The translations under genes and the position numbers were made by a program. A stretch of 64,000 nt of DNA from assembly GCA_973895155.1 (NCBI GenBank), contig OZ316893.1, forward strand, positions 9,053,839-9,117,838, given 5' to 3'. The notes under the pieces are model-generated. The model was not told where the DNA came from, did not search any database, and worked only from the letters and a program-made list of their open reading frames with translations. Source of the stretch: Marsupella aquatica (taxonomy: Eukaryota > Plantae > Marchantiophyta). Shown here in pieces: positions 25,137-38,081 of the stretch; within the stretch, counting starts at the first letter, position 1; every line of letters begins with the position of its first letter.

Positions 25137-28100
25137 TCATCAGCAGAATTGTTCATGTAGTAATCACAGACGTCAACGAAACGAGAGAGCTGAGCAAAGG
25201 CGTCCGAGGCCGATCAATCGGCAACCAAACTGAAGCTCGCATTGTCGAAATCGGTAGAACCAGTCGTCTCTTCTGAATTCAGATCCCTCACCACTACTTA
25301 GGCAGGAGCAGCAGCTCGATCGAGCTCATTGATTAATAGTTGACCGACATTTTCTACCTGCAAAACTGCAAAAGTGAGGCGCGCGATGCAACAACTCAAC
25401 TTAGTGCAACTGTGCAATTGTTGGAAGGTGAAGATATAATGTGGCCAGATTGAAGGGGAGATGTTGTACTGAAGTTGTCGGTGATAGTCACCACCGGTCA
25501 ATCGGGACCCTCCATGCGAGAGATCCACGGCCCTGAAGTGCACCCAAATACGAACATTCTTTGCTGGTACATCGAAATGAGTGCTTCGTTTTGTACACTA
25601 TTCCAAGGAATAAAGTCTAAAGAATGAGGCATTTCTTCCTAGTTCCTAACTCGTTGGCGGAGAACTGCACAGCCCATAATAATGAGTGGATTGGTGGAAG
25701 TCTCATTTGAGTGTTAGACTCATCACTAATGGACCCTTGGATAGGAATTGAAATATAGCATCCTCAACAAAGATGTTTATATACAAGTAGGGCTTACTCA
25801 AACACAAGGCCTTGGTCTTGTATTTGAATATTGGGCCATGGGGTGTTCTATTCTAATGGTGCTCTCAAGTGTATTGTATTCATAATTTTGACTATGTGTT
25901 TTCATTTATTTTTTTGTAAGGCACTATGTTTGAAAATGGGCGTTATGTTCAAATATTGGCATTGTCATATGATTCATGTATTTTTTACTATTTGTGTTCA
26001 ATGTAGAACGTACAATTTAGGGTCAAATTTCAAACAGCTTCCAACTTGAACACAAAGCCATATTGAACAGTCACAACGCTGGCTGTAACGTTATTTTAAG
26101 ATGAGGTTGTGTTGGAAGAAGAAGTACTAGTGTTAATTTCTTATAGAGACCCAAAATATTATAATTTTGAACACATGCACCGCCCGGGCGTTGTGTTCGG
26201 GGAACCGGTAGTCCCTACTCACAAGCCTCTATAGTCTACTCACAAGTATAGTCTGAGCATTACCAGGCCACTGACCAATGAATCCTACTTGGTCACAATA
26301 GGTTGAACAATAGGTTTTACAAATTAATGCATTTTCAAACAGGTTCCTATGATATGGGTAGGGGGCCATTTTGGGGCCTCATCATTTCAACTAAATTTTG
26401 TTCAGCCTACTAAAATTATTACAAGAGTAATCAGGACCTACAGGGTCACTTAAGTGAATAGGTCATGAACCTGGACTTCTATATCAAAATTGTACTATGG
26501 ATATAATAATTAATAATTTCATTAAAAATTTGAAGAAACCAACTTGTTCAGAAGTTGATAACGCCACTTGTTCTAAGTGTCTTTGTTAAGAATCACTTTT
26601 TCAGGTCAAAAGAAGGTGATCTATTCCCGAGAAGATGATCTACACCCATGGCATGGATCATCTTGTTTGTTTGAGAACTTTTATATATGGACTAAATGTA
26701 TCAAAAAATTCAGTAAAAAAACAACAAACTGATTCAAGTAGGCTTATTCTACTGTTCCATCTAATTAATATGCACCTTTTCAAGTTGTATGGTACATATA
26801 AAGTCTATGGGAAATTCAATTTAGATAATCACATGCAAGCCATTTTACCAAAGATCAAAAAATGTGAGTCTATGTGCAAAGAGAAATTTGAGTAATATAA
26901 TGATAATGTTTCAAATTTGAAGTAATTAAATATTTGGGATTTATTAGATTGCCACTAATTTTTTTATGTTTAAGTGGTGGACCTAGCACGTTAGAAGAAA
27001 CCAAGCTATTCTGAACCGCAACATGTGACTCCTTTTGGCTCATCGGACTTCATTGTGACACAACTGACGGGACCTTGGCTGTGACCCTTGGAGTTGCAAA
27101 AATTGAGACCAACAAATGGAAATCACTTATGCTACACACCATCGCGACTCACTTGATTCCCATTTGTGACTGATTTGTGCCTCCATCATGCAGTCATCAC
27201 CTAGTGTCCTCATGAATCCCAGTACTCAATCTTGCCTAAGTACCGTTGGTGCCCAAACGTCCACACAGAACTCTTTGAGCAAGCAACTCGGTGCTTCTAT
27301 CGATCATTGCCGGCGACAACTCCCATATGAAGCCTCACTTGCTCCTTAACAAGACCGTCGCTCAATTGTCCTCATTGTCTGCACAAGCAACCTAACACAT
27401 GGGTAAGCAACCCATGATCATCTAGGATCGATCCTAACTAATTAAAAGACCATTGTCTTGCCTCAAACTCAACAGTTGTTAGTATGTAGGTTAGCCTCTC
27501 GGGCCCGAGTTTAGGCCAGCACACACTGTTCATCACATCTACTGGATGTCACTCGAGCTTCCTCACTTTCTATCCATCACTAGCTTACCATGCTACCTCT
27601 AGGACATGCTCATGGCCCATTTAGCTAGCTTGTCCCGAAGCTTGTCTCAAACATTGGGACCAGTTCGGCCCCAACTCTAGCAGTTACCATCTCTAAGGCT
27701 CCAACCCAACTGAGAGTCTAGGGCCAAATGCATTGTCTTGGACCTCTGTCAACATCTATGCCTACTTTGCTACCTCCCCAAGGCAAGCTCCCGTGAGAAA
27801 TTGAGCGCGGCTTGGCTTGCCTGTTGTTTTGACAAGATTTGGCAAGTGGGCAAGATAGCCCCGCAAGCCTCAAGAACCAGAGACATGCCCAAACCCAATT
27901 GAGCTAAGTCAAGACCCAAGAAGGAGTAGTCCTCCGGCCTTGAGATTTTTCCAACCCATCCAAGAAGTCCTCCAATAAACTTCCCGTTGAGGAGTTATTG
28001 TCATTTCCGTTTTACATTTCCGCTTAGTAGCACGACCATCGCGGTTCACAATTGGGGCTCACGTACCCTTGGCCCCTAGGGAGACACCACTCTCTTCATA

Positions 28101-28209
28101 TATGTTTTTGGAGACCTGCCACCCCCCTACCAACTTTGGTCCTCTATATTTGGCCCTCAATCAAGACTCCTACCCAATTGCATGGGCATGCAACTAACCT
28201 GCTCGAGGG

Positions 28210-29090
28210 TCTCACTATATCCCATCACCTACGACCTTTTTAGGCCCTAGAACCCCTAAAATGTAAGAAGAATATTCCAAAAAATTGGTTACAAATACCC
28301 TAATGTTTTTATAAGTCTCAAAATTGGATCAAAATACCCTATTGTTCTTCTGAGAAAATTTTTCAGTCTTCCCTTTGAACCAATAAAATGACCCTATCCT
28401 TCATCGCATGTGATGTGCCATTTTTGTGGATTGAAATGAAATCCCCGAGCTAACCTGCTATTCTCAAGCATAACTTTCTAGTTAGAAGTCCACAAGTCAA
28501 TTGCCTTTAGCCCATTGGGATTGGGCCAACACAGTGCTCATACCCGGGTCCTCAAAACCCATTGTCAGTTGGGAACCTGGGTGTCTCTCGGGGTGTCTAC
28601 ACTTGAGTTGTGTTGTATCTTATGTGCCAAGCGTCCATTGTGCATGAAGTAAACTTATTTGGCCTTGGGCCCTAGATGAGATCTCACTCAAACCCTCAAA
28701 ACTCAAAATTTGTCTGGGGGCCCGGACGGTCCACCCCAAGCTTGGCTCTTCCTATGACCCGACTAGCTCCCAATGTCAGTCCAAGTCCTTAGTGTACACT
28801 GGGGGTCTCACTATATGGAGGCCTCCCAATCACCTACGATATTTTTGGGCCTTGGACCCCCTAAAATTTCAGGAAATTTTTGTTAACCCCTATAAAGTTA
28901 AGGAAATTTTTGTAATATTCCAAAATTTTGATTAGAAAGACCCTAATGTTCTTCTAAGTCTCAAATGTGGATTTAAATGACACTAAATAGTTCTTTTGAG
29001 AAAATTTGTAAGTCTTCCCTTAGAATCAATAAAAAGACCATATCCTTCGTTGCACATGATATGCCATTTTTGTAGAAGTGAAACCCTCGA
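28210..29090. mobile_element. Two direct copies (about 28210-28450 and 28800-29090) of a small AT-rich DNA-transposon derivative
   Basis: Shared blocks: ggtctcactat, tcacctacga, aatattccaaaa, ccctaatgtt..taagtctcaaa, gagaaaattt..agtcttccctt.gaa.caataaaa. The reverse complement matches the interior of the 35706-36012 insertion. Confidence 0.6.
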
Positions 29091-29683
29091 GGTGTGGGTC
29101 AAAAAAAGTTTGTACACTTATGGAAGTGATCATATATTGCAGATCCTATTGACGAGAGCAATGTTGCAATTGCGACTCACATGCAGGGCCATGTTGCAAC
29201 CAAGGCAACCCGGCTCAACTAGGAGACTGTTGCTTGCTAACCTAGGAATTTGTTCTACTCGCTTGCTTTGGAAGTTGTGAGGGCTCTACGCCCCCTCTTT
29301 GACCATTTCCGATCGACCTGCATGACCCGCATATGCGGTCTTTTATGTTGAGAGGATCAGGCATTATCTGCTACTTTCTACCCTCACTACCCTCTTAGGC
29401 AACGGGGGTGTGTGCTGCACTACAAAAGGCTCAGGTATTTACAATCTCGTTTACAATCCTTCAAAGGACCAAGGTTTCAGGGCCTCTAGACAAATTATTT
29501 TTTCTTCATGACCCTCCTATGCAGTTTACTCTGGGGGTTTTGCTTGGCAAAGCCTTGCTCCCTTGGTCATACCAAGGGACACATGGGCAATTTGTCTTCC
29601 TGGGGTATTTGGTCTCCTGTCTTTGGGATCTTGTCTCCTGGTTTGGCATGTTCGTTAGGCAACAGTTTGATATATATTTGGGG

Positions 29684-30026
29684 TGTTAGATATTGCTCTA
29701 GTCTTGTGACTCATGAACTAACCACAGTTAGTCTAACTCGGGTTAGGACTTAGCTAATGTTAGCGGTAGTGCTGTTGTGCATATAGCTAGGGCTGATGCC
29801 AGACCCTGGGTGGAACTTAGGCTCATTGTTACGGAGCTAGTTGAGAGATAGGGAGAGCTTGTGCTATGGATGCTTGGTATGGTCGTTCGGCCTAGAGTGC
29901 AGTAAAGCTTGTGTGTTCCCGTGGACGTAGCCTCATGTGGAGGTGAACCACGTATCTCTCTGTGTCGATTATTGTTCGTTGGATGGTTCATGGGCTTGCC
30001 GTTGCGAGTGTCGTCTATGCTCAACA
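29684..30026 (+). repeat. 5' LTR of the copia element
   Basis: tgttaga...ctcaaca followed by the PBS. About 20 mismatches to the 3' LTR by manual count. Confidence 0.95.
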
Positions 30027-31005
30027 AGTGGTATCAGAGCATGCCTGGGAGGTGACAAGGTTTTTTTGTGACAGGTTTTTCCAGCATTCATTGTCGGTGG
30101 TACATTTGGAGTTTTGTTGCATGAAACTTGAATGTGTGTGGCTGAGCGGATAGGTTAGTGAGAGGGCTTTCTAATGGAGGTTAGAACTCGTTGATTGGTA
30201 TCCGTGGTGCGGAGGAATCAAATTTTGCGTCGTTCAGGTTTTATTCATGTTCGACGGCTTTTCGGGGGAGAGACCAGAGTTTGCATTTTTTAACGGTGTG
30301 AGTTGTGCGGTGTTCGGGGATCGCACATTATAGCTCAAGTTGAAGGTTGAAGCGAGCTGGTCGTTTTGGTACCTGAGTTGCTACCAAGTTGTTACCGAGT
30401 GCAACATGACGAGTGACGGAGGCGTTTAGGTTTTTTCACAAGCCATGGAGCTTGTTCACATCTGAACCGGGTTTCTCTTCGTGACGTCCGACTTGGTGGA
30501 AGAAACACAAAGTGCTACGGCTCAACGGATTGATCGCGGCGAGGCGGTCGTTTTGAGCCCGGGATTGGCACTTGACGCGGAGTGAAGGCGACGCGGCGGA
30601 AATTTTTCCCATTGCTGGAGTTGCAGACTGTACCGGTACAATTCAGAAAGTAACCTTTTCCATCGGCGGCGTTCATCACTTTCTTCGTTTCAAACATCGG
30701 CTTTTTAAGGTGAGTCTTTCATTCCTTAATCCCGGGGGAGTTTTTTGCCTTTAAAAGGGGAGATTTTAGGGGTTAACTTGTGTGTATACACACCTCGTGC
30801 ATGCCCCCGTATACACCCGCCGCGTACCCGATTATTTACCCCCCCCTCCGCTTACCATTAAATTAGGCGCAGCGGCGCCTCACGCTTTTGATTTTGATTT
30901 CGGTTTTCAGTATTGGACTCCTAGCTTCGTGGGCTACGCGGTGGTGTTGAGTTTTGAGTTTTTTGAGAAGTTTCAAAAAAAGACATTTTTTCGTGATTGT
31001 TTCAT

Positions 31006-34000
31006 ATGAGTGATTTGGAGGATACTGGAAGAATTGGCGTCGGTGGAGCTTTTGGATTGCGACGGTCAGACGATGAGTCTGAGGAGGAGCTGCTACCGTT
31101 TGAGGAGGAACTAGTAACACCGGTACAATCACCGGTGCGGCGTGCAGTGAAGGAAGTTGTTCTACTACCAGAGCTGTTGGTAGTTGGGAAGAAGAGAGAG
31201 ATGGCTAGATTTGGAGGAGTGAAGTTTGAGGTGGAGAAGTACGATGGTCGTACTGATTACTTGTTGTGGGAGAAGCAAGTGAAGGGTGTCCTTCGGGCCA
31301 TGGGCTTAGCTCATCTACTTTCTTCGCGAGAGCAATATGATGGAGAAGAGGAGATCTCAGAGAAGCAGTGGAGACAAGAGCAGGTGATTGCTGTCAATGC
31401 AATTCATATGCTTTATCTCAAGCCGCACATCATCAAGCAGCTGGATGATTAAGTGGATTGTGCGTCACTATTCAAGGCTCTAAGAGAGAAGTACTACCGG
31501 GAAGATGCATCAGACCGGCTGTACAAGAAGTCTCTCTTGATGAGCCTCAGACTCAAGGAAGGGAGCAAGCTGCAGGATCACCTGGATGAATTTGATAGTC
31601 TAGCGGTGGATCTGTCAAACCTGGGTAAGGGAGTTGAAGATGAGGATAAGGCCTTGCTTCTGCTAAGCTTCTTACCGCCATCTTGTCAGGGCTTGAAACA
31701 AGTGCTCTTGTATAGAGATCTTAAGTCCATTTTGTATAATGAGGTGGTGAGCTCTTAACTGTCTGATGATGCTCAGAAGAAGCTTGGTCAATCACAGACA
31801 ACATCTTCTTCTGGCACTGCGTTGAATGTGAACCGGGGAATACCAGCGCAGCGCACGAATGGGCAGAACACGTTTAGATCTACATCACGGGGGAGATCTA
31901 AATCCAGAGAAAAATTACAACAGAGGAAGCCTCTTGTATGTTGAAATTGTGGCAAGCCTAGCCACATGAAAAGGGATTGTAGAGTAAAGAACCCTATTGC
32001 ATCTGCTAACGCAGCATCGAGTTTGCATGAGGTAGATTTACTCGATGATGATGACACATTGTGATGCCAAGATTATGCTCTTAACGTAGTGTCAAATCCA
32101 GGTAGTGATGAATGGATTCTAGATAGTGCATGTACTTTTCACATTTGCTATAGGAGAGATTTTTTCAATTCTTACACGGTTTCCAACGGGTCAGTGTTGA
32201 TGGGAAATGGAATCCCATGTCAAGTAGTTGGACTTGGATCTGTTAGATTTCAGATGTTTGATGGTGCTGTAAGAACGTTGAGGAATGTGAGATATATTCC
32301 CAACATAATGAAAAATCTCATTTCACTTGGAGTTTTAAAAGCAAATGGCCGTCAGTGGAGTTCTGCTAATGGTGTCCTTCAGGTATCAACTGGTACTAAA
32401 GTTGTATTGAAGGGAAAGAGACATAATAATCTATATACGTTTTGGAGGGCAGTGTAGTTTGTGATGAAGCCAATGTAACCTTATCTCATGAGGAGACGGC
32501 CCAGCTGTGGCACTTCCGTTTGGGCCACATGAGTGAAAAAGGTTTGGTTATTCTTCAAAATAAATGATTACTTTCTAATTTGTAATCTTATAAGTTAGAA
32601 TTTTGTGAGCACTGTGTGCTTGGGAAGCAGCACAGGAAACCCTTCGGAGTTGGAACTTACACCAGCAAGGAGGTACTTGAGTATGTACATAGTGATGTGT
32701 GGGGTCCAACCCCTACTCCTCACATTCTGGATGGTTATACTATGTCACGTTCATTGACAATTACTCAAGGTATGTGTCGATATACTTTCTACACAGTAAG
32801 TCTGATGTTTTTGCCACTTTTAAGGAGTGGAAAGCCCAAGTTGAGAATCAGACTGGTAATAAGGTGAGATATCTTCGATCGGATAACGGCGGTGAATACA
32901 ATTCCGGAGAATTTGGAACGTATTGTAAGGAGCAGGGGATTACCCGTCATCTCACGACAAGTTATACTCCTCAGCAGAATGGTGTTTTTGAGAGACTCAA
33001 CCGAACACTATTGGACCGCTCGAGGAGTATGTTGAGTCAATCATGCTTACCACATGAGTTTTGGGCTGAAGCTGTCAACACTACAGCTTATTTGATAAAT
33101 TTTTCTCCATCCAGTTCTATTGGATTCAAGACGCCATTTGAAATGAGGTACGGGTGTCCAGTAGATTACTCACATCTGAGGATTTTTGGATGTGATGCTT
33201 ATGTTCTTACACCTTCCCATCTTCGATCCAAGTTGGAGTCCAAGTCAAAGAAGTGCATTTTCCTTGGCTATCAGAAAGGTGTGAAGGGTTATAGGTTATG
33301 GGATCCGTAACCTGTAAGCTAATTGTCAATAGAGATGTGTCCTTTAATGAGTCCAGATCATCAAATGAGGGGGAGAGTTCTCAGGACTCCCATACTGACA
33401 AGGGGAAATCTCTCATCCCGGACCGGGTTGAGGGGGAGATTAGTCATGATGCTGTTCATGACAGGAGAGATGGAGAAGCTCCGAGCTTGGAGCTGGTTCT
33501 TGTGTTGGAACAAGAGGAGCAGATTGTTACTGGGGTACCTCAAATTCAGCCAGCAGCAGCAACAGATCAGCCTGAGTCATCTACTAGAAGAACTTTCAGT
33601 CGTTCTACTAGAGCTCCTACCAGGTATGGTCAATGGGCAGACTTATCTAAGCTAGATGATATTGACATTGCACCTGATGATGATGACATGGCTTTGATCT
33701 TGGAAGAAGGAGAGCCTTCTTTGTACACTGAGGCTTGTGCTTCAGAGCAGAAGCATGAGTGGAATGCAGCAATGTAGAGGGAGTTGCAATCTTTGAGTGA
33801 CAACAAAACATGGGAGCTGGTGGAGCTTCCAAGAGGTCAGCAAGTTGTGGACAGCAAGTGGATTTACAAGTTGAAGGACAGTCCTTCAGAGGGTGGAGAG
33901 AAGATCTACAAGGCAAGGCTTGTTGCCAAGGGTTCACTTAGGATAAAGGAGTGGACTACAATGAGGTCTTTTCACCGGTGGCTAAGTATTCCACTATTCG

Positions 34001-35271
34001 GATCTTGTGTCAGCTTGTTGTATTTTTTGGTCTGGTGATGGATTAGATGGATGTGGTTACTGCTTTTCTCTATGGCAACTTGAAAGAGATGATCTTCATG
34101 AGACAGCCACTAGGCTTTATGAAGAAGGGCCAAGAGAACTTAGTTTGCAAATTGCTCAAATCCTTGTATGGATTGAAGTAGTCTCCCAAACAATGGAACA
34201 AGCGGTTTGATGATTTCATGCTTGCTCAAGGTTTTACAAGGATGGTGTATGATCCTTGTGTGTATACAAAATCAGTCAAGAATGATGTCTTTGGTTTCAT
34301 CATTCTGGTGATCTATGTGGATGACATGCTGATTGTGGCTAAAGATCAATCTGAGGTTGACAGTCTCAAGGCAAAATTGAGTGTTGAATTCATAATGAAG
34401 GATCTTGGTAAGGCCAAGAGGATCTTAGGGATGAAGATTTTTAGGAACTCTGATACTGGATAGTTGTGCTTGAGTCAAGGCCAGTATGCGAGGAAGGTAC
34501 TTGCACGATTCAACATGGAGAACTGTAAGCGAGTGAGTATTCTTTTAGCTTCACACTTCAAGTTATCATCGGCGTTCTCTCCTACGGATGCTGTGGAGAA
34601 AGGTCTGATGGCTAAGATTCCTTATGAGAAGGCAGTAGGCAGTCTGATGTATTTGATGACTTGTACTAAGCATGACTTGGCCCTAGCGATGGGCAAGGTT
34701 AATTAGCAGATTCATGTCAAATCCAGGGAAGGTACATTGGGAAGCTGTGAAGTGGATTCTCAGATATCTGAATGGAACACAGGACTATGGATTACTATTT
34801 GATAAGAGATCAGATAGAACGTTAGTTGGCTATGTAGATTCTGACTATGGAGGTTGTTTGGACATAAGGAGGTCTACAACTAGGTTTGTATTTACTCTTG
34901 GAGGAAGATGTATCAGTTGGAAATCTACCTTGCAGAAGTGTATATCTCAGTCTACTATAGAAGCAGAGTATGTTGCAACAGCAGAAGCAACAAAAGAAGC
35001 AATTTGGTTGGACAAGTTGATCGTGAAGATGGGTTTAGAGCATGGCAAAATGACTCTAAACTATGATAGTCAGAGTGCTCTTCACTTGGCTGCTAACCAG
35101 GTGATGGATAGCAGGGTGAAGCACATTGATATCAGGTACCATTTTATCAGGCAAGCAGTGTCTAATAAAACTTTTGAGCTAATCAAGATTGATGGAAAGC
35201 TCAATCCTGCTGATGCCTTTACCAAAGTGATTCCTTTGGAGAGTTTCTCAAGACACCGTGCTACTTTGTAG
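31006..35271 (+). pseudogene. Copia gag-pol polyprotein pseudogene
   Basis: Gag (KFEVEKYDGRTDYLLW), zinc knuckle C*NCGKPSHMKRDC, protease WILDSACTFH, LWHFRLGHMS, integrase VHSDVWG / LRSDNGGEY / TPQQNGVFER, RT YVDDML and RNase H YVDSDYGG / KHIDIRYHF. Multiple stops and frameshifts. Confidence 0.95.
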
Positions 35272-35496
35272 GTTTTGCAATTGTAGTAGTGCAAGTAGAG
35301 TTATTTAGCAATGTGTGATTATTTGTATATGGATTACTCATTCCACTTTGGCTACGGCTTAGTTCTAGTTAACCCTTAGTTAACCCTTGTGGTCTTTAGG
35401 GGGAGACCTGTTTAGGTGATTGTCTAGAACTTCCCGTTGAGGATTCCATATGGTAGCAATTAGTCCAATCCCCAAGACAAGAGTCAAGGGGGAGTT

Positions 35497-36154
35497 TGTT
35501 AGATATTGCTCTAGTCTTGTGACTCATGAGCTAACCACAGTTAGTCTAACTCGGCTTAGGACTTAGCTAATGTTAGCGGTAGTGTTGTTGTGCATATAGC
35601 CAGGGTTGATGCTAGACCCTAGGTGGAACTTAATCTCATTATTACGGAGCTAGTTGAGAGATAGGGAGAGCTTGTGTTGTGGATGCTTGGTATGGCCGTT
35701 CGGCCCCTGGGGTCCTCACTTCTTTTCTTCCGACCCACCACGCGCGAATAAGTATAGGGTTTTTTTATTGGGTTTAGTGAAATACTTTTAAATTTTTGTT
35801 GAAGAACATTAGGGTTATTTTAATCCAATTTTGAGAATTATAAGAATCATAGAGTTTTTAAAAATCAAATATGGGAATATTCTTGGAATATTCTATTAAG
35901 TTAGGGGTTAAAAAATTCCTAAAAAAAGCTTTATTGACTTAACTTTTAGGGTGTTTATTCCCCCAAAACTTCAAGCGTGATATGGGACACCCCTTGGATT
36001 GAGGCCCCCGAGGTTCGGCCTAGAGTGCAGTAAAGCTCGTGTGTTCCCGTGGACGTAGCCTCATGTGGAGGTGAACCACATATCTCTCTGTGTCGACTAT
36101 TGTGCGTTGGATGATTCATGGGCTTGCCGTTGTCAGTGTCGTCTATGCTCAACA
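35497..36154 (+). repeat. 3' LTR of the copia element, interrupted by a nested insertion
   Basis: 658 bp minus the 307-bp insert and one 8-bp TSD copy leaves 343 bp, the same length as the 5' LTR. Confidence 0.95.
35706..36012. mobile_element. 307-bp non-autonomous DNA transposon (MITE, hAT-like by TSD length)
   Basis: 8-bp TSD GTTCGGCC at 35698-35705 and 36013-36020. Imperfect 13-bp TIRs cctggggtcctca / tgaggcccccgag. Absent from the 5' LTR. Confidence 0.85.
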
Positions 36155-36989
36155 TGGGGCTATCCAAAGTAAATTTATAGTGCCCAAAAAAATGAGGTCT
36201 TCAGTCCAAATTTTGAGGGGCTATTATTTTCCATGATGCAATTTTTTAATTCTTATTAAGAGTTTCATTCTTTTCTCCATTCTTTCACACTTGAAAACAG
36301 ACCCAAATTTGATGCAAGTTCAGATTTTACTTTCCTTACCAAGACCCAAATTTCATCCAAGCTTTCCAGTAGCAACTTGTCACATGGTAATGAGAACCCC
36401 TATACATGTTAACATTATTTAATACAAATATAAAATGGGGGACATGTTGATAATTAATTTTGTTTTGGGGGCACCTTAGCAATATTGGATAATTTGGGGG
36501 AGGCGTTAGTAAAAAGCTGTTTACTTTTTATCAGGAGACAAAAGGATAAAGGTCAAAATGCCCTTTCACTTCATGTGATGTGCATTATTTTTCATAAAGT
36601 TCAGAAATATACAAGGAGAAAAAAAAAATTGCACTGATTCAAGGTATCTGATTTCTCCATGCTGAGCTGGGATGACCTCAGTACTCCACGTTGGCAAGGG
36701 CCAGGGCGTTTGGCAAGGGACACCCTGTACATTGAACTTGGCCCTCAAGGGATTGTGGGCTCTGGATCTTTGGATTGTGAAGTCCTCATCCTCTGTTCAA
36801 AATCATGTCACAGAACTGAAGATAGGGAATCACAAACAGATAGAGGATCCAGGATTAGTATCGTCGATGAGGCAGCGAAGGACAGCTATGGCCTCGACGA
36901 AAATCATTCGATGAAGAGACTCATGAGCCCTGTATCAAATTAGTGATCTGTGCCAAAACACCCAAATCATCAGCTGCTGTACTATAGCT

Positions 36990-38081
36990 ATGGCGCTCAT
37001 GAATCCTTGCTTCGTGGGTTTTAAGGGTACTGCGTTGTCAGCTCAATTGGGTATCAATTCTACCCAGCAAGCTTCGGGGGTGAGCTCCAATGTGAGCGGA
37101 GGAGCAGTCTCGTTGAGATCTCTCACTGTCAGGTGCGGTCATGGAGAAGAAAAGCAGCCCCTGCAGCAGCAAGGAGCGGTAGATAGAAGGGAAATGTTGA
37201 GGTTGGGCTCCGCCATTGTTGCTGGTTCCACATTGTCAACTCTGCTTCCGTTCAGGATTGACGAGAGTGACGGAGGAGTAGCGAATGCAGCTGACCTTGT
37301 GCAGAGGCTCCAACGGGCAGACTTTCTGGGTAAGGTGAAGGACAAGCTGAGGAGCGCAGTGAAAGAGAACGAAGGCCTCGTTCCGGACTTGCTCAAGCTG
37401 GCTCTGAACGATGCCCTCACCTACGACAAGGCAACGAAGACGGGAGGAGCGAACGGGTCCATTCGATTCGAGCTGGACAGGCCGGAGAATGCCGGACTGG
37501 GGAAGGCTGTGAAGTTCCTGGAAGGCGTCAAGGCGGAGATGGACGGGAGTTTGAGCAAATATGGGCCCATTTCGTGGGCTGATTTGATCCACCTGGCTGC
37601 TCAGTCGGCTACGAAGCGCACATTCATTGAAGCTGCGATTCAGAAGTGCGGGGGCAAGGAGGAAAAGGGGCTACAGCTGTACACAGCCTACGGATCAAAT
37701 GGGCAATGGGGACAATTTGATAAACAGCTGGGACGAGCAGATGCTACGGGGCCGGACCCAAAGGGCAGAGTTCCCATCTGGGACAAAGCATCTCCAGCTG
37801 AGATAAGTGCAAGATTTGCACAGCTTGGAATCAAGCCTCGGTATGTAGCCGCTCTGTCAGCTTTCTTGGGGCCTGATCAGGCTGTCACGGAATCGAAGCT
37901 CGCAGCTGACGAAGAATACGTTCCTTATGTGAGAAAGTACCAGGACAGTAGACGAACAGTGTCTCAAACGGATTATGAGGTGGATCTTATCAATACCTTT
38001 AGCAAGGTCAGTGTTCTTGGGCAAGCCATCAACTATGAGGCTTACACTTACAAGCCACCTCCAGTACGATTGAGGTTCTGA
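36990..38081 (+). CDS. TL29: Thylakoid lumen 29 kDa protein (APX4-like, ascorbate-peroxidase fold), chloroplast precursor, single exon
   Basis: 363-aa ORF. Transit peptide, twin-arginine Tat signal (DRREML, hydrophobic stretch, ANA|ADLVQR), and family motifs LALNDALTYDKATKTGGANGSIRF, GPISWADLI, LYTAYGSNGQWGQFD and SRRTVSQTDYEVDLI. Confidence 0.93.
   Translation: MALMNPCFVGFKGTALSAQLGINSTQQASGVSSNVSGGAVSLRSLTVRCGHGEEKQPLQQQGAVDRREMLRLGSAIVAGSTLSTLLPFRIDESDGGVANAADLVQRLQRADFLGKVKDKLRSAVKENEGLVPDLLKLALNDALTYDKATKTGGANGSIRFELDRPENAGLGKAVKFLEGVKAEMDGSLSKYGPISWADLIHLAAQSATKRTFIEAAIQKCGGKEEKGLQLYTAYGSNGQWGQFDKQLGRADATGPDPKGRVPIWDKASPAEISARFAQLGIKPRYVAALSAFLGPDQAVTESKLAADEEYVPYVRKYQDSRRTVSQTDYEVDLINTFSKVSVLGQAINYEAYTYKPPPVRLRF

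Larger units (their letters stand above)
29684..36154 (+). mobile_element. Full-length, inactivated Ty1/copia LTR retrotransposon
   Basis: TG...CA LTRs at 29684-30026 (343 bp) and 35497-36154. 5-bp TSD TGGGG at 29679-29683 and 36155-36159. tRNA-iMet PBS TGGTATCAGAGC at 30029-30040. PPT aagggggag just before the 3' LTR. Domain order is gag-PR-INT-RT-RH. Confidence 0.97.

Noticed and set aside
26980-28010. LTR-retroelement internal remnant (shares aacttcccgttgagga with the copia 3' region)
   Set aside because: Only a 16-bp match, with no recognisable domains or boundaries.
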